The notes under the pieces: generated by a model
What the model was told of the DNA's origin: nothing
Databases searched by the model: none
The model's input: only the letters and a program-made list of their open reading frames with translations
DNA from: Alphaproteobacteria bacterium
GTDB lineage: Bacteria; Pseudomonadota; Alphaproteobacteria; UBA2966
DNA: 64,000 nt
Assembly: GCA_964291395.2 (NCBI GenBank)
Contig: OZ219856.1
Span: 1,888,001-1,952,000, forward strand
Reading direction: 5' to 3'
Position numbers and translations under genes: made by a program
Shown: one piece after another, positions 19,491-29,089 of the stretch
How positions within the stretch are numbered: position 1 is the stretch's first letter
How the letters are laid out: each line of letters opens with the position of its first letter

Positions 19491-20669
19491 TTGAAACGAG
19501 CCGAAGGCGCGGCCTTCGTCGCCACCCTCGGCGCCCTGCTGGCGATGACGGCGGCCTCGAACGACATCATGGTGCCGGCCCAACCGCCGATCGCCCGCGC
19601 GTTCGGCATGCCGGAGGCGGCCGGCGCCACCATGGTCGGCATGTTCTCCGTGGGCTTCGGATTCGGGCTGGCGGTCTGGGGACCGCTGTCCGACCGCTTC
19701 GGCCGCCTGCCGCCGCTGTACGCGGCGGCGGCGGGCTACGTCCTGGCCGGCGCGGTTTGCGCCCTGACCGACTCGTTCGGCGTCCTGCTGGCCGGCCGGT
19801 TCGTGCAGGGCTTCATGGGAGGCGTCGGACCGACCCTCGCCCGCGCCATCTCGCGCGACCTCGGCGGCGGCGCCCGGACCGCGCAGGCCCTGTCGGCGGC
19901 GACGGTCGTGCAGGGGGCGGCACCCGTGTTCGCTCCCCTCCTGGCGTCGGGCCTGCTCGTCGCCGCCGATTGGCGCTGGGTCTTCTGGGCCCTCGTCGTC
20001 TTCGGACTCGCGGTGATTCTTTCCGTCATGCTCTTCGTGCCCGAGACGCTTCCGCCGGAGAAGCGGGAAGCCCCGTCGATCAGGCAGATGGGCCGGGAAA
20101 CCCGCCTGCTGATGGTGACGCCGGGCTTCCTCTACGGCACGGCCATGGTCATGACCGTGTTCTTCGGCTACATGGCGCTGCTCGGCATGGGCGCCGCCGT
20201 GACGGAGAGCGTCTACGGCCTGCCCCCCGAGTGGTTCGGCCCCCTGTTCGCCGTCAATTCCGCCGCCTACGTCCTGGGCGCCCTCGCCGCCAATCGCCTG
20301 GCCGGCCGGTTCGGGGTCTCCACGATCATCAGGGCGGGAGCCCTCACGGCGGGCGCTTCGGGCGTCTTCCTGCTGGCGCTGTCGGCGGTCGCGCCGCCGC
20401 TCATCGTGCTGTGGACCGGCGTCGTCATCTACGTCTTCGCCTTCGGCACCCTGCTGGCGCTGTGCGCCGCCCGGGGGCTGGAGCCCGCCGGCGCGGTCGC
20501 CGGCACGGCCGCGTCGATCATGGGCCTCGCCCAGACGTTGTTCAGCGCCGCGGGCGCCTTCACCGCGGCGGGCCTGTTCGACGGTTCCCACCGCTCGCTC
20601 TGCTGGGTCATGGGGGTGTCCGGCGTCATGCTGCTCGTGCTGTGGGCCAAGGGGAGGAGATATCTGTGA
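19491..20669 (+). CDS. MFS transporter, Bcr/CflA (DHA1)-like
   Basis: GPLSDRFGRLP motif A, WRWVF and PETLP motifs. Confidence 0.88.
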   Translation: MKRAEGAAFVATLGALLAMTAASNDIMVPAQPPIARAFGMPEAAGATMVGMFSVGFGFGLAVWGPLSDRFGRLPPLYAAAAGYVLAGAVCALTDSFGVLLAGRFVQGFMGGVGPTLARAISRDLGGGARTAQALSAATVVQGAAPVFAPLLASGLLVAADWRWVFWALVVFGLAVILSVMLFVPETLPPEKREAPSIRQMGRETRLLMVTPGFLYGTAMVMTVFFGYMALLGMGAAVTESVYGLPPEWFGPLFAVNSAAYVLGALAANRLAGRFGVSTIIRAGALTAGASGVFLLALSAVAPPLIVLWTGVVIYVFAFGTLLALCAARGLEPAGAVAGTAASIMGLAQTLFSAAGAFTAAGLFDGSHRSLCWVMGVSGVMLLVLWAKGRRYL

Positions 20670-20698
20670 GGAGGGATCGGGGAGGCGCCGGACCCCCG

Positions 20699-21877
20699 GT
20701 GAAGCGGGCCGAAGGCGCGGCCTTCGTCGCCACCCTCGGCGCCCTGCTGGCGGTGACGGCCACCTCGGTCGACATCATGATCCCCGCCCAGCCGAGCATC
20801 GCGCGCGACTTCGCGCTGCCGGAAAGCGCGGGGGCGGCCATGGTCGGCGCCTTCTCCATCGGCTACGGCATCGGCCAGGCGATGTGGGGCCCCCTGTCCG
20901 ACCGGTACGGCCGGCTGCCGATCCTCTATGTGGCGCTCGCCGGCTTCATTCTCGCCGGAACGGTGTGCGCGGTGACGGAGGCCTTCGCGACCTTGCTCGC
21001 CGCGCGCTTTTTCCACGGCTTCATGGGCGGCGCCGGACCGACGCTTGCCCGCGCCATCTCGCGCGACCTGGGCGGAGGCGCGCGGACGGCCCGTGTGCTG
21101 TCCGCGGCGACGGTTTTCCTCGGGGGCGCGCCGTTGCTCGCGCCTCTCGGGGCGTCGGGAATCCTCGTCGTCGGCGACTGGCGCTGGATCTTCTGGACGC
21201 TCGTGATCTTCGGCGGATTGGTCGTCCTGGCGACGCTGCTGTTCGTGCCGGAGACCCATCCGCCGGAGCGGCGCAGCACGCCCTCGATCCGGCAGACGGG
21301 CCGGGAGGTGCGGCAGCTTCTCGTGACACCGGGATTTCTCTACGGCACGGGCATCGTGATGGCGGTGTTCTTCGGCTACATGGCGCTGCTGGGCATGGGA
21401 TCCGCCGTGACGGAAAGGGCCTACGGCCTGCCGCCGACCCTGTTCGGCCCCCTGTTCTCGGTCAGCGCGCTCGCCTTCATCGTCGGCGCGGCCGCGGCGG
21501 TGCGGATGGCGGGCCGCTACGGCGTCTCCGCCGTACTCCGGGCCGGTGCCGCCATCGCGCTGGCCTCGGGCGTCTTCCTGCTCGCCCTGTCGGCAACAAC
21601 CCCGGGACTGACGGTGCTCTGGATCGGCGTAGTCGCCTTCAAGCTGTCGTTCGGCACCCTGCTCGCGCTGGCCACGGCGCGGGCGCTGGAGCCCGCGGGC
21701 AAGATCGCCGGCACGGCCTCTTCGGTGCTGGGGCTGGTCCAGACCCTGCTCAGCGCTTCCGGGGCCTTCGCGGCCGCCGCGCTGTTCGACGGCTCCCACC
21801 GCTCGCTGTGCTGGACGATGGGCGCCGCCGCCGTGGCGACCTTTCTGCTGTGGTGGAAGGGGCGGAGGTATCTATAG
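20699..21877 (+). CDS. MFS transporter, Bcr/CflA-like; tandem paralog of the preceding gene
   Basis: GTG start, same length (1179 bp), GPLSDRYGRLP motif. Confidence 0.88.
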   Translation: MKRAEGAAFVATLGALLAVTATSVDIMIPAQPSIARDFALPESAGAAMVGAFSIGYGIGQAMWGPLSDRYGRLPILYVALAGFILAGTVCAVTEAFATLLAARFFHGFMGGAGPTLARAISRDLGGGARTARVLSAATVFLGGAPLLAPLGASGILVVGDWRWIFWTLVIFGGLVVLATLLFVPETHPPERRSTPSIRQTGREVRQLLVTPGFLYGTGIVMAVFFGYMALLGMGSAVTERAYGLPPTLFGPLFSVSALAFIVGAAAAVRMAGRYGVSAVLRAGAAIALASGVFLLALSATTPGLTVLWIGVVAFKLSFGTLLALATARALEPAGKIAGTASSVLGLVQTLLSASGAFAAAALFDGSHRSLCWTMGAAAVATFLLWWKGRRYL

Positions 21878-21898
21878 GGCGCGGTCGGGCGCTTCTCG

Positions 21899-22215
21899 TC
21901 ACCCCGCGTCGACTTTCTCCGCGAGCCATATCTTGATGAGAGACTGATACGGGACATCACGCTTGTTGGCGGTGACCTTGATTTGCTCGAGCAATCCGAT
22001 CGGCAGGCGCAGAGAGATCGACTTGGTCGAAGGTTTGAGGTTCGGAAAGCGCACGCGTTCCGCATGCTCCCAATTCACGTGATCGCTCGAGTCGTGAGTC
22101 TCCCAGTAACTCCGTTCCTGGATTTCGTCATGAAACCTGGGAGGGCTCTTAGCGTTTCTCCGTCATAGTACAGTCTTTCCTTCCGGTGCATATTCACGGG
22201 CCGAATGACATGACC
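21899..22215 (-). pseudogene. degenerate BrnT/BrnA-type TA module: frameshifted CopG/BrnA-like antitoxin (21899..22166) preceded by a BrnT C-terminal remnant
   Basis: Manual translation KSPPRFHDEIQERSYWETHDSSDHVNWEHAERVRFPNLKPSTKSISLRLPIGLLEQIKVTANKRDVPYQSLIKIWLAEKV; ATG at 22166 is out of frame; upstream VIRPVNMHRKERLYY resembles a BrnT tail. Confidence 0.75.
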
Positions 22216-22280
22216 AGTCGAACCCGACCAACGTGCCGTCCCCCCCCTCTTGGAGGAAGGGGGCAAGGCGGACCGCGGCG

Positions 22281-23366
22281 CTACTCCGCTTCGAGGGGCG
22301 CGGTGAGGACCTGGCCGGGGACTCGGAGGCCGCCGCGCAGCGGACTGCCGACCTCGAGCTCGCGGTAGCGGGGCCGCAGGGATTCCGGCAACGGCAGGCC
22401 ATCCGCGCAGTTGAGCCACAGCCGCAGCAAGTGGCGCTTGCGCTCGGGCTCCGGCCAATCCTCGAATTCGGTGCGGTCGTGCAGGGTCTGGTGGTTGTGG
22501 ATGAGCTGAACGTCCCCTGCCCTGAATTCCATCTTCAGATGGATGCCGGGATCGTCCGCCACCGAATCGAAGAAATCGAGCGCTTCGATCTCCCGCTCCG
22601 TCAGCGGCGGCACGTCGTCGAAACGCTGGGCCGAATCGATGTAGCGCCGGGCGTACCGGCAGTAGAGCCGTCCCGCGTGCCAGCTGAAGACCGGTACGGA
22701 GTAGTGACCCTCGCCCCCCTCGGGCGCCTCGTTGCGCCAGTCCGTGGCATAGGGCTGGAAGAGCAGCGGAAGCAGATCCGGGCGACGGCGGCGCACCTCG
22801 TTGTAGAGAGTGTCGGAGGAGACGACGGCCGATTCCCCACCCTTCCTGGCCGGATGCAGGCACATGAGGCCGACGATGTCCGCCGTATCCGAATGAAAGG
22901 TCTGACGCGCGGTCGTCTGGTAGATGCGCGACTTGGTATCGAACTCGTGGCGGCCGAGGTCCTTGACGTGCCCGAGCACGTGCCCCTTGGCGTTCTGCGG
23001 CAGCGGGATGCCGAAGTACGAGCCGATGCCGAAATAGATGATCGCCGCCTCCTCGATGGAATAGCGCTCGACCGGAATTCCGCGCAGCAGGACGAAACCG
23101 CGGCCGCGCAGCACTTCGTGACGGATCCCGTCGAAGACCGGGGAGAGCCCGGGCAGCGGGAACGCGTCGCTGTCGATGTCCAGAATGCCGAGGCCTCGGG
23201 ATTTCACCCCCTGCATGGCGGCCTCGAGCTCGGCGAGCTCTTCCTCGCCGAAGGGACGAATCCACTCGTCCTCCCGCGCGGCCATATCGGGGCCATACCA
23301 GACGGACGGTCCGGCAATCTCACGGGGCGGCATGGCGTAGTCGGTCAATTCCTGGGCTGCAGACAT
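22281..23366 (-). CDS. TauD/TfdA family Fe(II)/2-oxoglutarate dioxygenase
   Basis: FHSD (HxD), LHDRT and RHLLRLW motifs. Confidence 0.88.
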   Translation of the reverse strand: MSAAQELTDYAMPPREIAGPSVWYGPDMAAREDEWIRPFGEEELAELEAAMQGVKSRGLGILDIDSDAFPLPGLSPVFDGIRHEVLRGRGFVLLRGIPVERYSIEEAAIIYFGIGSYFGIPLPQNAKGHVLGHVKDLGRHEFDTKSRIYQTTARQTFHSDTADIVGLMCLHPARKGGESAVVSSDTLYNEVRRRRPDLLPLLFQPYATDWRNEAPEGGEGHYSVPVFSWHAGRLYCRYARRYIDSAQRFDDVPPLTEREIEALDFFDSVADDPGIHLKMEFRAGDVQLIHNHQTLHDRTEFEDWPEPERKRHLLRLWLNCADGLPLPESLRPRYRELEVGSPLRGGLRVPGQVLTAPLEAE

Positions 23367-23452
23367 GCGCGTTCTCTCCAGGTTCGCCTTCTCTCTCGAA
23401 AGGGTTCGTCGGTATGTATCATGCCCCGCCGCGCCCTGTCGAACCGACAGGT

Positions 23453-24658
23453 TCACGCGCGTTCGACACGGGCGGCGCCCTCGTCGATCAAGGCGTCGAT
23501 CTCGTCGTCCGCGTAGCCGACCTCGCCCAGCACCTGGCGCGTCGACGAACCGTAGAGAGGGGGTGTGGCCCGGGCGGCGCCGGGCGTTCGGCTGAACTTG
23601 ATGGGCAGGCCGGTGCCCGTGTAATCGTCGATCTCCACCACCATTTCCCGGTGCGCCGTATGGGGGTGCGCCGCCATCTCGGGGATGGTCAGCACGGCGC
23701 CCGCCGGCACTCCCTTGGCCAGCAGGTGGCGCGAGACCTCCTCGGCGTCGCGGTCGGCCAGGGCCGCGGCGATCAGGGCGTTGAGCGCGGCACGGTTCTC
23801 GACGCGATCGCCGTTCCGGCGGAATCTCGGATCGTCGGCAACCTCGGGACGGCCCAGCTCTTCCCAGAGGTAGCGGAACTGCCGCTCGTTGCCGACGGCG
23901 AGGAAGAGGTTGCCCTTGCCCGTGGGGTACTGGTCGTAGGGGGAGATGTTGGGATGCGAATCCCCCGTCGGGACCGGTGTCTTGCCGCTCATGAAATAGT
24001 TGGCCGCCTGAGGATGAAGCAGCGCCACGCCGGTATCGAACAGCGACGCGTCGACGCGCTGGCCGCAACCGGAGCGCCGCCGCTCCTCGGCCGCCATGAG
24101 CACGCCGATCGCGGCGAACAGTCCGGTCGCCAGGTCGACGATGGGAATGCCGAGGCGTATCGGACCCGTCTCCGGCGTCCCGTTGACGGAGATCTGACCG
24201 GACAGCGCCTGGGCGACCGCGTCATAGCCGGGAAAGCCGCCGAACGGACCGTCGGCGCCGAATCCCGTGATCGAGCAATAGATCAGGCGGGGGAAGCGCT
24301 CCTGCAGGACGTCCTCGTAACCGATTCCCCAACGCTCCAGGCTTCCCGGCTTGAAGTTGTCGATCATCACGTCGGCATCCTCGAGCAGGCGGAACAGCAC
24401 CTCCTGCCCTTCCGATGTGCGGAGATCGAGCCCCACGGCACGCTTGTTGCGGTTCACGCCCGCAAAATAGGCGGAGAGCCCGCCCTTGAACGGTGGCCCC
24501 CAGTCCCGCACCTCGTCCCCCTGGGGCGGTTCGACCTTGATCACTTCGGCGCCGTTGTCGGCAAGGATCTGAGTGCAATAGGGCCCGCCCAGCACGCGGG
24601 TCAGATCGATCACCCTGAAGCCGGCCAGCGCTCCGCCGGCGTCCGCACCTTCGGTCAT
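23453..24658 (-). CDS. family III CoA-transferase (CaiB/BaiF)
   Basis: VIDLTRVLGGP, GAEVIKVE, NRNKR, DNFKPG and PGYD motifs. Confidence 0.93.
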   Translation of the reverse strand: MTEGADAGGALAGFRVIDLTRVLGGPYCTQILADNGAEVIKVEPPQGDEVRDWGPPFKGGLSAYFAGVNRNKRAVGLDLRTSEGQEVLFRLLEDADVMIDNFKPGSLERWGIGYEDVLQERFPRLIYCSITGFGADGPFGGFPGYDAVAQALSGQISVNGTPETGPIRLGIPIVDLATGLFAAIGVLMAAEERRRSGCGQRVDASLFDTGVALLHPQAANYFMSGKTPVPTGDSHPNISPYDQYPTGKGNLFLAVGNERQFRYLWEELGRPEVADDPRFRRNGDRVENRAALNALIAAALADRDAEEVSRHLLAKGVPAGAVLTIPEMAAHPHTAHREMVVEIDDYTGTGLPIKFSRTPGAARATPPLYGSSTRQVLGEVGYADDEIDALIDEGAARVERA

Positions 24659-25437
24659 GTCGAGTTTCCTTTCAGTCCAAGCATCTCGGCGGCGAATTTC
24701 GGGTAAGGATCGGCGATGGCCGCCGCGATCTCGCCACGTATGAGGGCGAGGCGCGACTCGTCGGGCACCGGCGTCTCCGGGATGGAAGCCGAAGCTTCCG
24801 GCACGTCGAAATCGAATCCCGTGTTGTCCCGCACCTCTTCCACCGTATGCCCCGGATGTACCGAGTCCAGCCGGAAACGCCGCCGCTCCCGGTCAAAGGC
24901 GAAAAGGCAGATGTCGGTGATCAACGCGTACGGGCCACCCGGACGATAGACGTTGTCCGCGCTCGTCCCCGGGGCCGAGATGAAGTCGACCCGCTCGACC
25001 ATGGTCCGCCGCGTGTGCTCGAGACGAAACAGGATCACCCGGGGCACGAGATAGTAGAGGTAGGCGGAACCGAATGAGCCGGACCAACGCACCTTCTGCC
25101 GCGGGTAGTCGCCCACGCCGACCAGGTTGATGTTGCCGGCGCCGTCGATCTGGCCGCCGCTCAGGAAAAACGCATCGATCCGGCCCTGCGCCGCGAGGTC
25201 GAAGATCTCGACCCCGCCGTCGGTGAAGTCCTGAAGGCTGCGGGAACCCAGCACCGAGACGCGCATGTCGCCGCCGGACAAGTGCCGGGCCAGCAGGGCT
25301 GCGGAACCGGGGATGGGCGAGGAGGCGCCGACGGCGACGTGGCGGGACCCTTCCAGCAGATCCGCGATACGGCCGATCAGCAACTCTTCGAGGCGGTACC
25401 GGGGAGTCACCGCCGCGTCCCGGAGGGTGCCGCTCAC
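24655..25437 (-). CDS. family I CoA-transferase beta subunit (GctB/CatJ-like)
   Basis: GGQIDGAGNINL, VDFISAPG and HPGHTVEEVRDNTGF motifs. Confidence 0.82.
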   Translation of the reverse strand: MSGTLRDAAVTPRYRLEELLIGRIADLLEGSRHVAVGASSPIPGSAALLARHLSGGDMRVSVLGSRSLQDFTDGGVEIFDLAAQGRIDAFFLSGGQIDGAGNINLVGVGDYPRQKVRWSGSFGSAYLYYLVPRVILFRLEHTRRTMVERVDFISAPGTSADNVYRPGGPYALITDICLFAFDRERRRFRLDSVHPGHTVEEVRDNTGFDFDVPEASASIPETPVPDESRLALIRGEIAAAIADPYPKFAAEMLGLKGNST

Positions 25438-26261
25438 TCCGCCGCGGCTTTACGATCGAAGACGAACCTGTCGAGATACTCGGCGAAGCCGGCCTCGTCG
25501 CGCGCCATGTCGGCATATAGCGCGAGGTGTTCGTCGTCCGTGTCATAGGCGCCGGGGAGGCCGAGGGGGCGGGCCCCGTCCCGCGCCTCGGCGACGGCCG
25601 ATACGTAGATGCCGGGGATGACGCCCGGGCGCAGCGCCGCGTCGTCGACCAGACTCCCGTCGAATATCGACTCCGCGGTGGCCAAGGTCTCGCGGGCAGC
25701 GTGGGCCATCAGCATCATCTCACGCGCATCCCCGACGTAGAGGTTGCCCTGCCGGTCGGTGCGCCGCACGTGGATCAGGGCCAGGTCCGGAACGATGGCC
25801 GGCAGGCAGACGATGGGATCGTCCCCGCCAAAGGGGTTGTCGATGAGCTTCCAGTCCGTCCGATGTCTGACGAGGTCGGACCCTACCAGGCCGCGCAAGG
25901 GCATGAAGGGGAGCCCCTTTTCCCCCGCCTGCAGCCCGGCATATACGGCGGGGCACGTCGCATCGAGCAGCCGCAAGCCGCCGGCACGCACGGCGCGTCC
26001 GAAGGCCGGCGCCTGACCGAATTCGTCCAACGTGACCGCGGAGGTCTCAAGGGCATCGACGCAACCGGCGCCGACGAGCAGATCGACGGCGAGACCACCG
26101 GTCGGCACGCAGACCAGATGGAGGCCGCGCGCGCCACGGCGTATCAACGCCCGCACCAATGCCATCGGCGGGCCGCTCGCGCTCTTGACCAGCGCGATCC
26201 TGGCGCCGTCGGGGACGCGCGCCGCCAGCGCCTCGATATCGGTGATGACTTGGACGGGCAT
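25434..26261 (-). CDS. family I CoA-transferase alpha subunit
   Basis: DLLVGAGCV, GLPFMPLRGLVGSD and PDLALIHV...DRQGN motifs. Confidence 0.82.
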   Translation of the reverse strand: MPVQVITDIEALAARVPDGARIALVKSASGPPMALVRALIRRGARGLHLVCVPTGGLAVDLLVGAGCVDALETSAVTLDEFGQAPAFGRAVRAGGLRLLDATCPAVYAGLQAGEKGLPFMPLRGLVGSDLVRHRTDWKLIDNPFGGDDPIVCLPAIVPDLALIHVRRTDRQGNLYVGDAREMMLMAHAARETLATAESIFDGSLVDDAALRPGVIPGIYVSAVAEARDGARPLGLPGAYDTDDEHLALYADMARDEAGFAEYLDRFVFDRKAAAE

Positions 26262-26376
26262 GTTGCGGAGTCTAGCCTAGATCGTTCCCAACGTTAACGA
26301 CGGCACCTTCGATGCCCGCGCGCCAATATGCTCACGATGAAATTCGGGCCAAGCACCCTTGCGGAGAGAGTCGGGA

Positions 26377-26985
26377 ATGAAGCTCTACTACTACGACACG
26401 CAGAATCCCTGGCGAGCCTGCGCCGTCGCCAAGTACCTGGACTTCAAAGCGGACTACGTCCACGTGGACGTGGGCAAGGGTGAGCACCGCAGCCCCGAAT
26501 TCCTCGCCGTCAACCCGAACGGCAAGGTGCCGGCGCTCGTGGACGGCGACGTGAAGATGTGGGAGTCGGTGGCGATCATGGCCTACCTGTCGGACAAGGC
26601 GGGCTCCGACCTCTGGCCCAAGGACGAACGCCAGATCGAGATCATGCGTTGGCTGGTCTGGGACGCGGCCCAGTTCACGCGCTGGGGCAGCATTCTTCAT
26701 TTCGAGAACCGCATCCGGAAGCGGTTCGACCTGGGCGACCCCGATCCCGCCACGGTCGAAGAGGCGTTGAGCAACTGGAAGCGGTTCGCCGCGGTGCTGG
26801 ACGCGCACCTCAGGGGCCGGACCTACGTCGTCGCGGACACCCTCAGCATCGCCGACTTCGCCGTCGCCTGCCTGCTCCCTCTGGCAGAGGTCTCGAAGCT
26901 ACCGCTCGATGACTATCCCGAGCTCCGGCGTTTTCACGACAACCTGATGGAGATTCCCGCCTGGCGGCGTCCGTTCCCGGAGTAG
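26377..26985 (+). CDS. glutathione S-transferase family protein
   Basis: NPNGKVPAL, WESVAI and SIADF motifs. Confidence 0.92.
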   Translation: MKLYYYDTQNPWRACAVAKYLDFKADYVHVDVGKGEHRSPEFLAVNPNGKVPALVDGDVKMWESVAIMAYLSDKAGSDLWPKDERQIEIMRWLVWDAAQFTRWGSILHFENRIRKRFDLGDPDPATVEEALSNWKRFAAVLDAHLRGRTYVVADTLSIADFAVACLLPLAEVSKLPLDDYPELRRFHDNLMEIPAWRRPFPE

Positions 26986-26987
26986 CG
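26858..26987. repeat. 130-bp direct repeat, copy 1 (GST 3' end)
   Basis: 128/130 identical to 28016-28145. Confidence 0.95.
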
Positions 26988-27207
26988 CCGCCCTTGCAGT
27001 AACTCGACCCCAGCCCGTTGAGCAGATGCTCGAAGGTGTTGAACCACCCGCTGTACGGGTCGGTGCAAGAAATAGGCCGACATCGCGTCGAGGTAGCGGG
27101 ACGGCTCCCGGTCGCGGTTGCCCTCTGCGAGGGGAAGGCGCCGGAAGCTGCGCTCCTGCAGCCACATCGTCCGGCTCATCCAGGCCCCTCCTCACGGAGA
27201 CACCTGA

Positions 27208-27257
27208 CCGGACAACTCACGTGCTACCCAAACCGGACAGATCATGCACCAGCGACA
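27208..27257 (+). mobile_element. orphan IS terminal sequence, IS1202/ISNCY-like right end
   Basis: ccggacaactcacgtgctacccaaaccggacagatcatgcaccagcgACA: repeated ccggaca units and an ACA terminus; similar to the reverse complement of 41034-41085. Confidence 0.6.
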
Positions 27258-27299
27258 GGAGAAATTGCGAAACGAAGTCGTTGTGGCTATCTTGGCTAC

Positions 27300-27551
27300 A
27301 TGAGGGAAATCGCCGCCAGAGACGCCAAGAACCGCTTCGGCCATCTGCTGGATGCCGCGCAGAGTGCACCTGTGCGCGTGACCCGGAAGGGCCGCGCCGT
27401 GGGTGTGATGATGTCGGTGCAGCAGTATGAGCGGCTTCGCGGCGCAGCCTGGGAGCGCCTGACCGCGACCATGGACGCCCTAGGCGAGGAAGCTTCGGCG
27501 AAGGGCTTGACGGAGGCGAGGCTCGAAGCGCTTCTGTCGGATGAAAGCTGA
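27300..27551 (+). CDS. Phd/YefM family antitoxin
   Basis: MREIAARDAKNRFGHLLDAAQSAPVRVTRKGRAVGVMMS. Confidence 0.9.
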   Translation: MREIAARDAKNRFGHLLDAAQSAPVRVTRKGRAVGVMMSVQQYERLRGAAWERLTATMDALGEEASAKGLTEARLEALLSDES

Positions 27552-27963
27552 GCGTGTCGTAGTAGACACCAACGTGCTGATCAGCGCGGCGCTTCGTCCG
27601 CACGGGCCTCCGCGGGCGGTCGTGGAGGCGGTGCGGGAGGCGCGCGGCGTGCTGTTATTCTGCGACCAGACGTTCGATGAGCTGCGAAGCCGGTTTCATC
27701 GCCCGAAGTTCGATCGTTACGTCGGTCGGCACGGCAGGGCTGTCTACCTGGCCCAGCTCGAAGCGGTCTCCGAATGGGTTTCAATCGCCGGTGCGAAGCT
27801 TGGATGCCGCGACCCCGATGACGACAAGCTGCTCGAAACTGCGCTGATGGGCGAGGCGGACTGCCTGGTCACGGGGGACCGGGACCTTCTGGAGATGTCT
27901 CCGTTTCAGGACATTCCGATAGTAACGCCGGCGGGTTTTCTGGTTGTTTGGGCAGTCCGATAA
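27541..27963 (+). CDS. PIN-domain putative toxin
   Basis: VVVDTNVLISA, CRDPDDDKLLETA and LVTGDRDLL motifs; overlaps the Phd gene. Confidence 0.9.
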   Translation: MKAERVVVDTNVLISAALRPHGPPRAVVEAVREARGVLLFCDQTFDELRSRFHRPKFDRYVGRHGRAVYLAQLEAVSEWVSIAGAKLGCRDPDDDKLLETALMGEADCLVTGDRDLLEMSPFQDIPIVTPAGFLVVWAVR

Positions 27964-28015
27964 CGGCAGCCGCAATCGGTGTGGTTCAGGACTGCGCTCC
28001 TCGGCAGCGGCTAGA

Positions 28016-28145
28016 TCGCCGTCGCCTGCCTGCTCCCTCTGGCAGAGGTCTCGAAGCTACCGCTCGATGACTATCCCGAGCTCCGGCGTTTTCACGACAA
28101 CCTGACGGAGATTCCCGCCTGGCGGCGGCCGTTCCCGGAGTAGCG
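28016..28145. repeat. 130-bp direct repeat, copy 2 (orphan GST 3' end)
   Basis: matches 26858-26987 and includes the TAG stop. Confidence 0.95.
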
Positions 28146-28161
28146 GAGCGCCCGGCCGCCG

Positions 28162-29067
28162 TTACGCCTTCATCTTCATCAAGCCCGGGTCCTCCGTGAG
28201 CACGATGCCGGCGCGGTCGAGATCGCCGTGGCCCGCCGCCATGCCCCTCTCGTACCAACTCAGGGCGGCGCGTCCCATGTCGGAGGGCGAATCCAACTCG
28301 CCAGCCATCTCCACGGCCAGCGCCACGTCCTTGCGGGCGAGCGATATCTTGAAGCGCGGCGAGAAATCGCCGGCCAGGGCCTTGCCGATGAGGCCGTTGC
28401 GCAACTGCCAGGAGTCCGCGGCCGAACTCGGCAGCAGCCGCGTCATGAGCTCGATATCGGCGCCGGCGCGCCTGGCCAGCGCATAGCCCTCCGCCACGAC
28501 CGCCATGGTGGTCGAAGAGACCATGTTATTGACGAGCTTGATGGCCTGCCCCGCGCCGAGAGGCCCGCAATAATGGACGTCGCTCCCCAGCAGCGACAGC
28601 AGTCCGCGCACCGCGTCGCAGTCCTCGGGCTCGCCGCCCATCAGGACGAACAGGTCGCCGGTCTCCGCCTCCGCCGGGCCGCGTCCCACCGGCGCGTCGA
28701 CGATGCGGATGCCCTTCTCCGCCAGCGGTTCCGACAGCCGCTTCACCACCGACATGCCGTCCGTCGCCATGTCGACCAGAAGACTGCCTTCGGCCATCCC
28801 TTCGATCAGCCCGTCTTCTCCGAGCGTAACCGTCTCGAGAATTTGGGGGCTCGGCAACATCGCTATGACCACGTCGCCGGCGGCACCCAGTTCCTTCGGG
28901 CTCGCCGCGACCTTGGCGCCGGCGTCGGCCGCCGCCTGCACCGCCGTTGCGTCGACGTCATGGACGGTGAGGTCGACGCCGCCCCCGAGCAGGCGGCGAA
29001 TCATGCGGCTGCCCATGAGGCCAAGCCCGATAAAGCCGACGCGCGGCGACGCTACGTCCTGTGCCAT
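28162..29067 (-). CDS. NAD(P)-dependent oxidoreductase, 3-hydroxyisobutyrate dehydrogenase family
   Basis: GFIGLGLMG, DAPVGRG, KLVNN and ARKDV motifs. Confidence 0.9.
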   Translation of the reverse strand: MAQDVASPRVGFIGLGLMGSRMIRRLLGGGVDLTVHDVDATAVQAAADAGAKVAASPKELGAAGDVVIAMLPSPQILETVTLGEDGLIEGMAEGSLLVDMATDGMSVVKRLSEPLAEKGIRIVDAPVGRGPAEAETGDLFVLMGGEPEDCDAVRGLLSLLGSDVHYCGPLGAGQAIKLVNNMVSSTTMAVVAEGYALARRAGADIELMTRLLPSSAADSWQLRNGLIGKALAGDFSPRFKISLARKDVALAVEMAGELDSPSDMGRAALSWYERGMAAGHGDLDRAGIVLTEDPGLMKMKA

Positions 29068-29089
29068 GTGTTTATCTCTCCTGGTCGAT

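Noticed and set aside
21877-22305. Direct repeat gggcgcggt flanking the BrnTA remnant
   Set aside because: Only about 9 GC-rich bases, which is expected by chance
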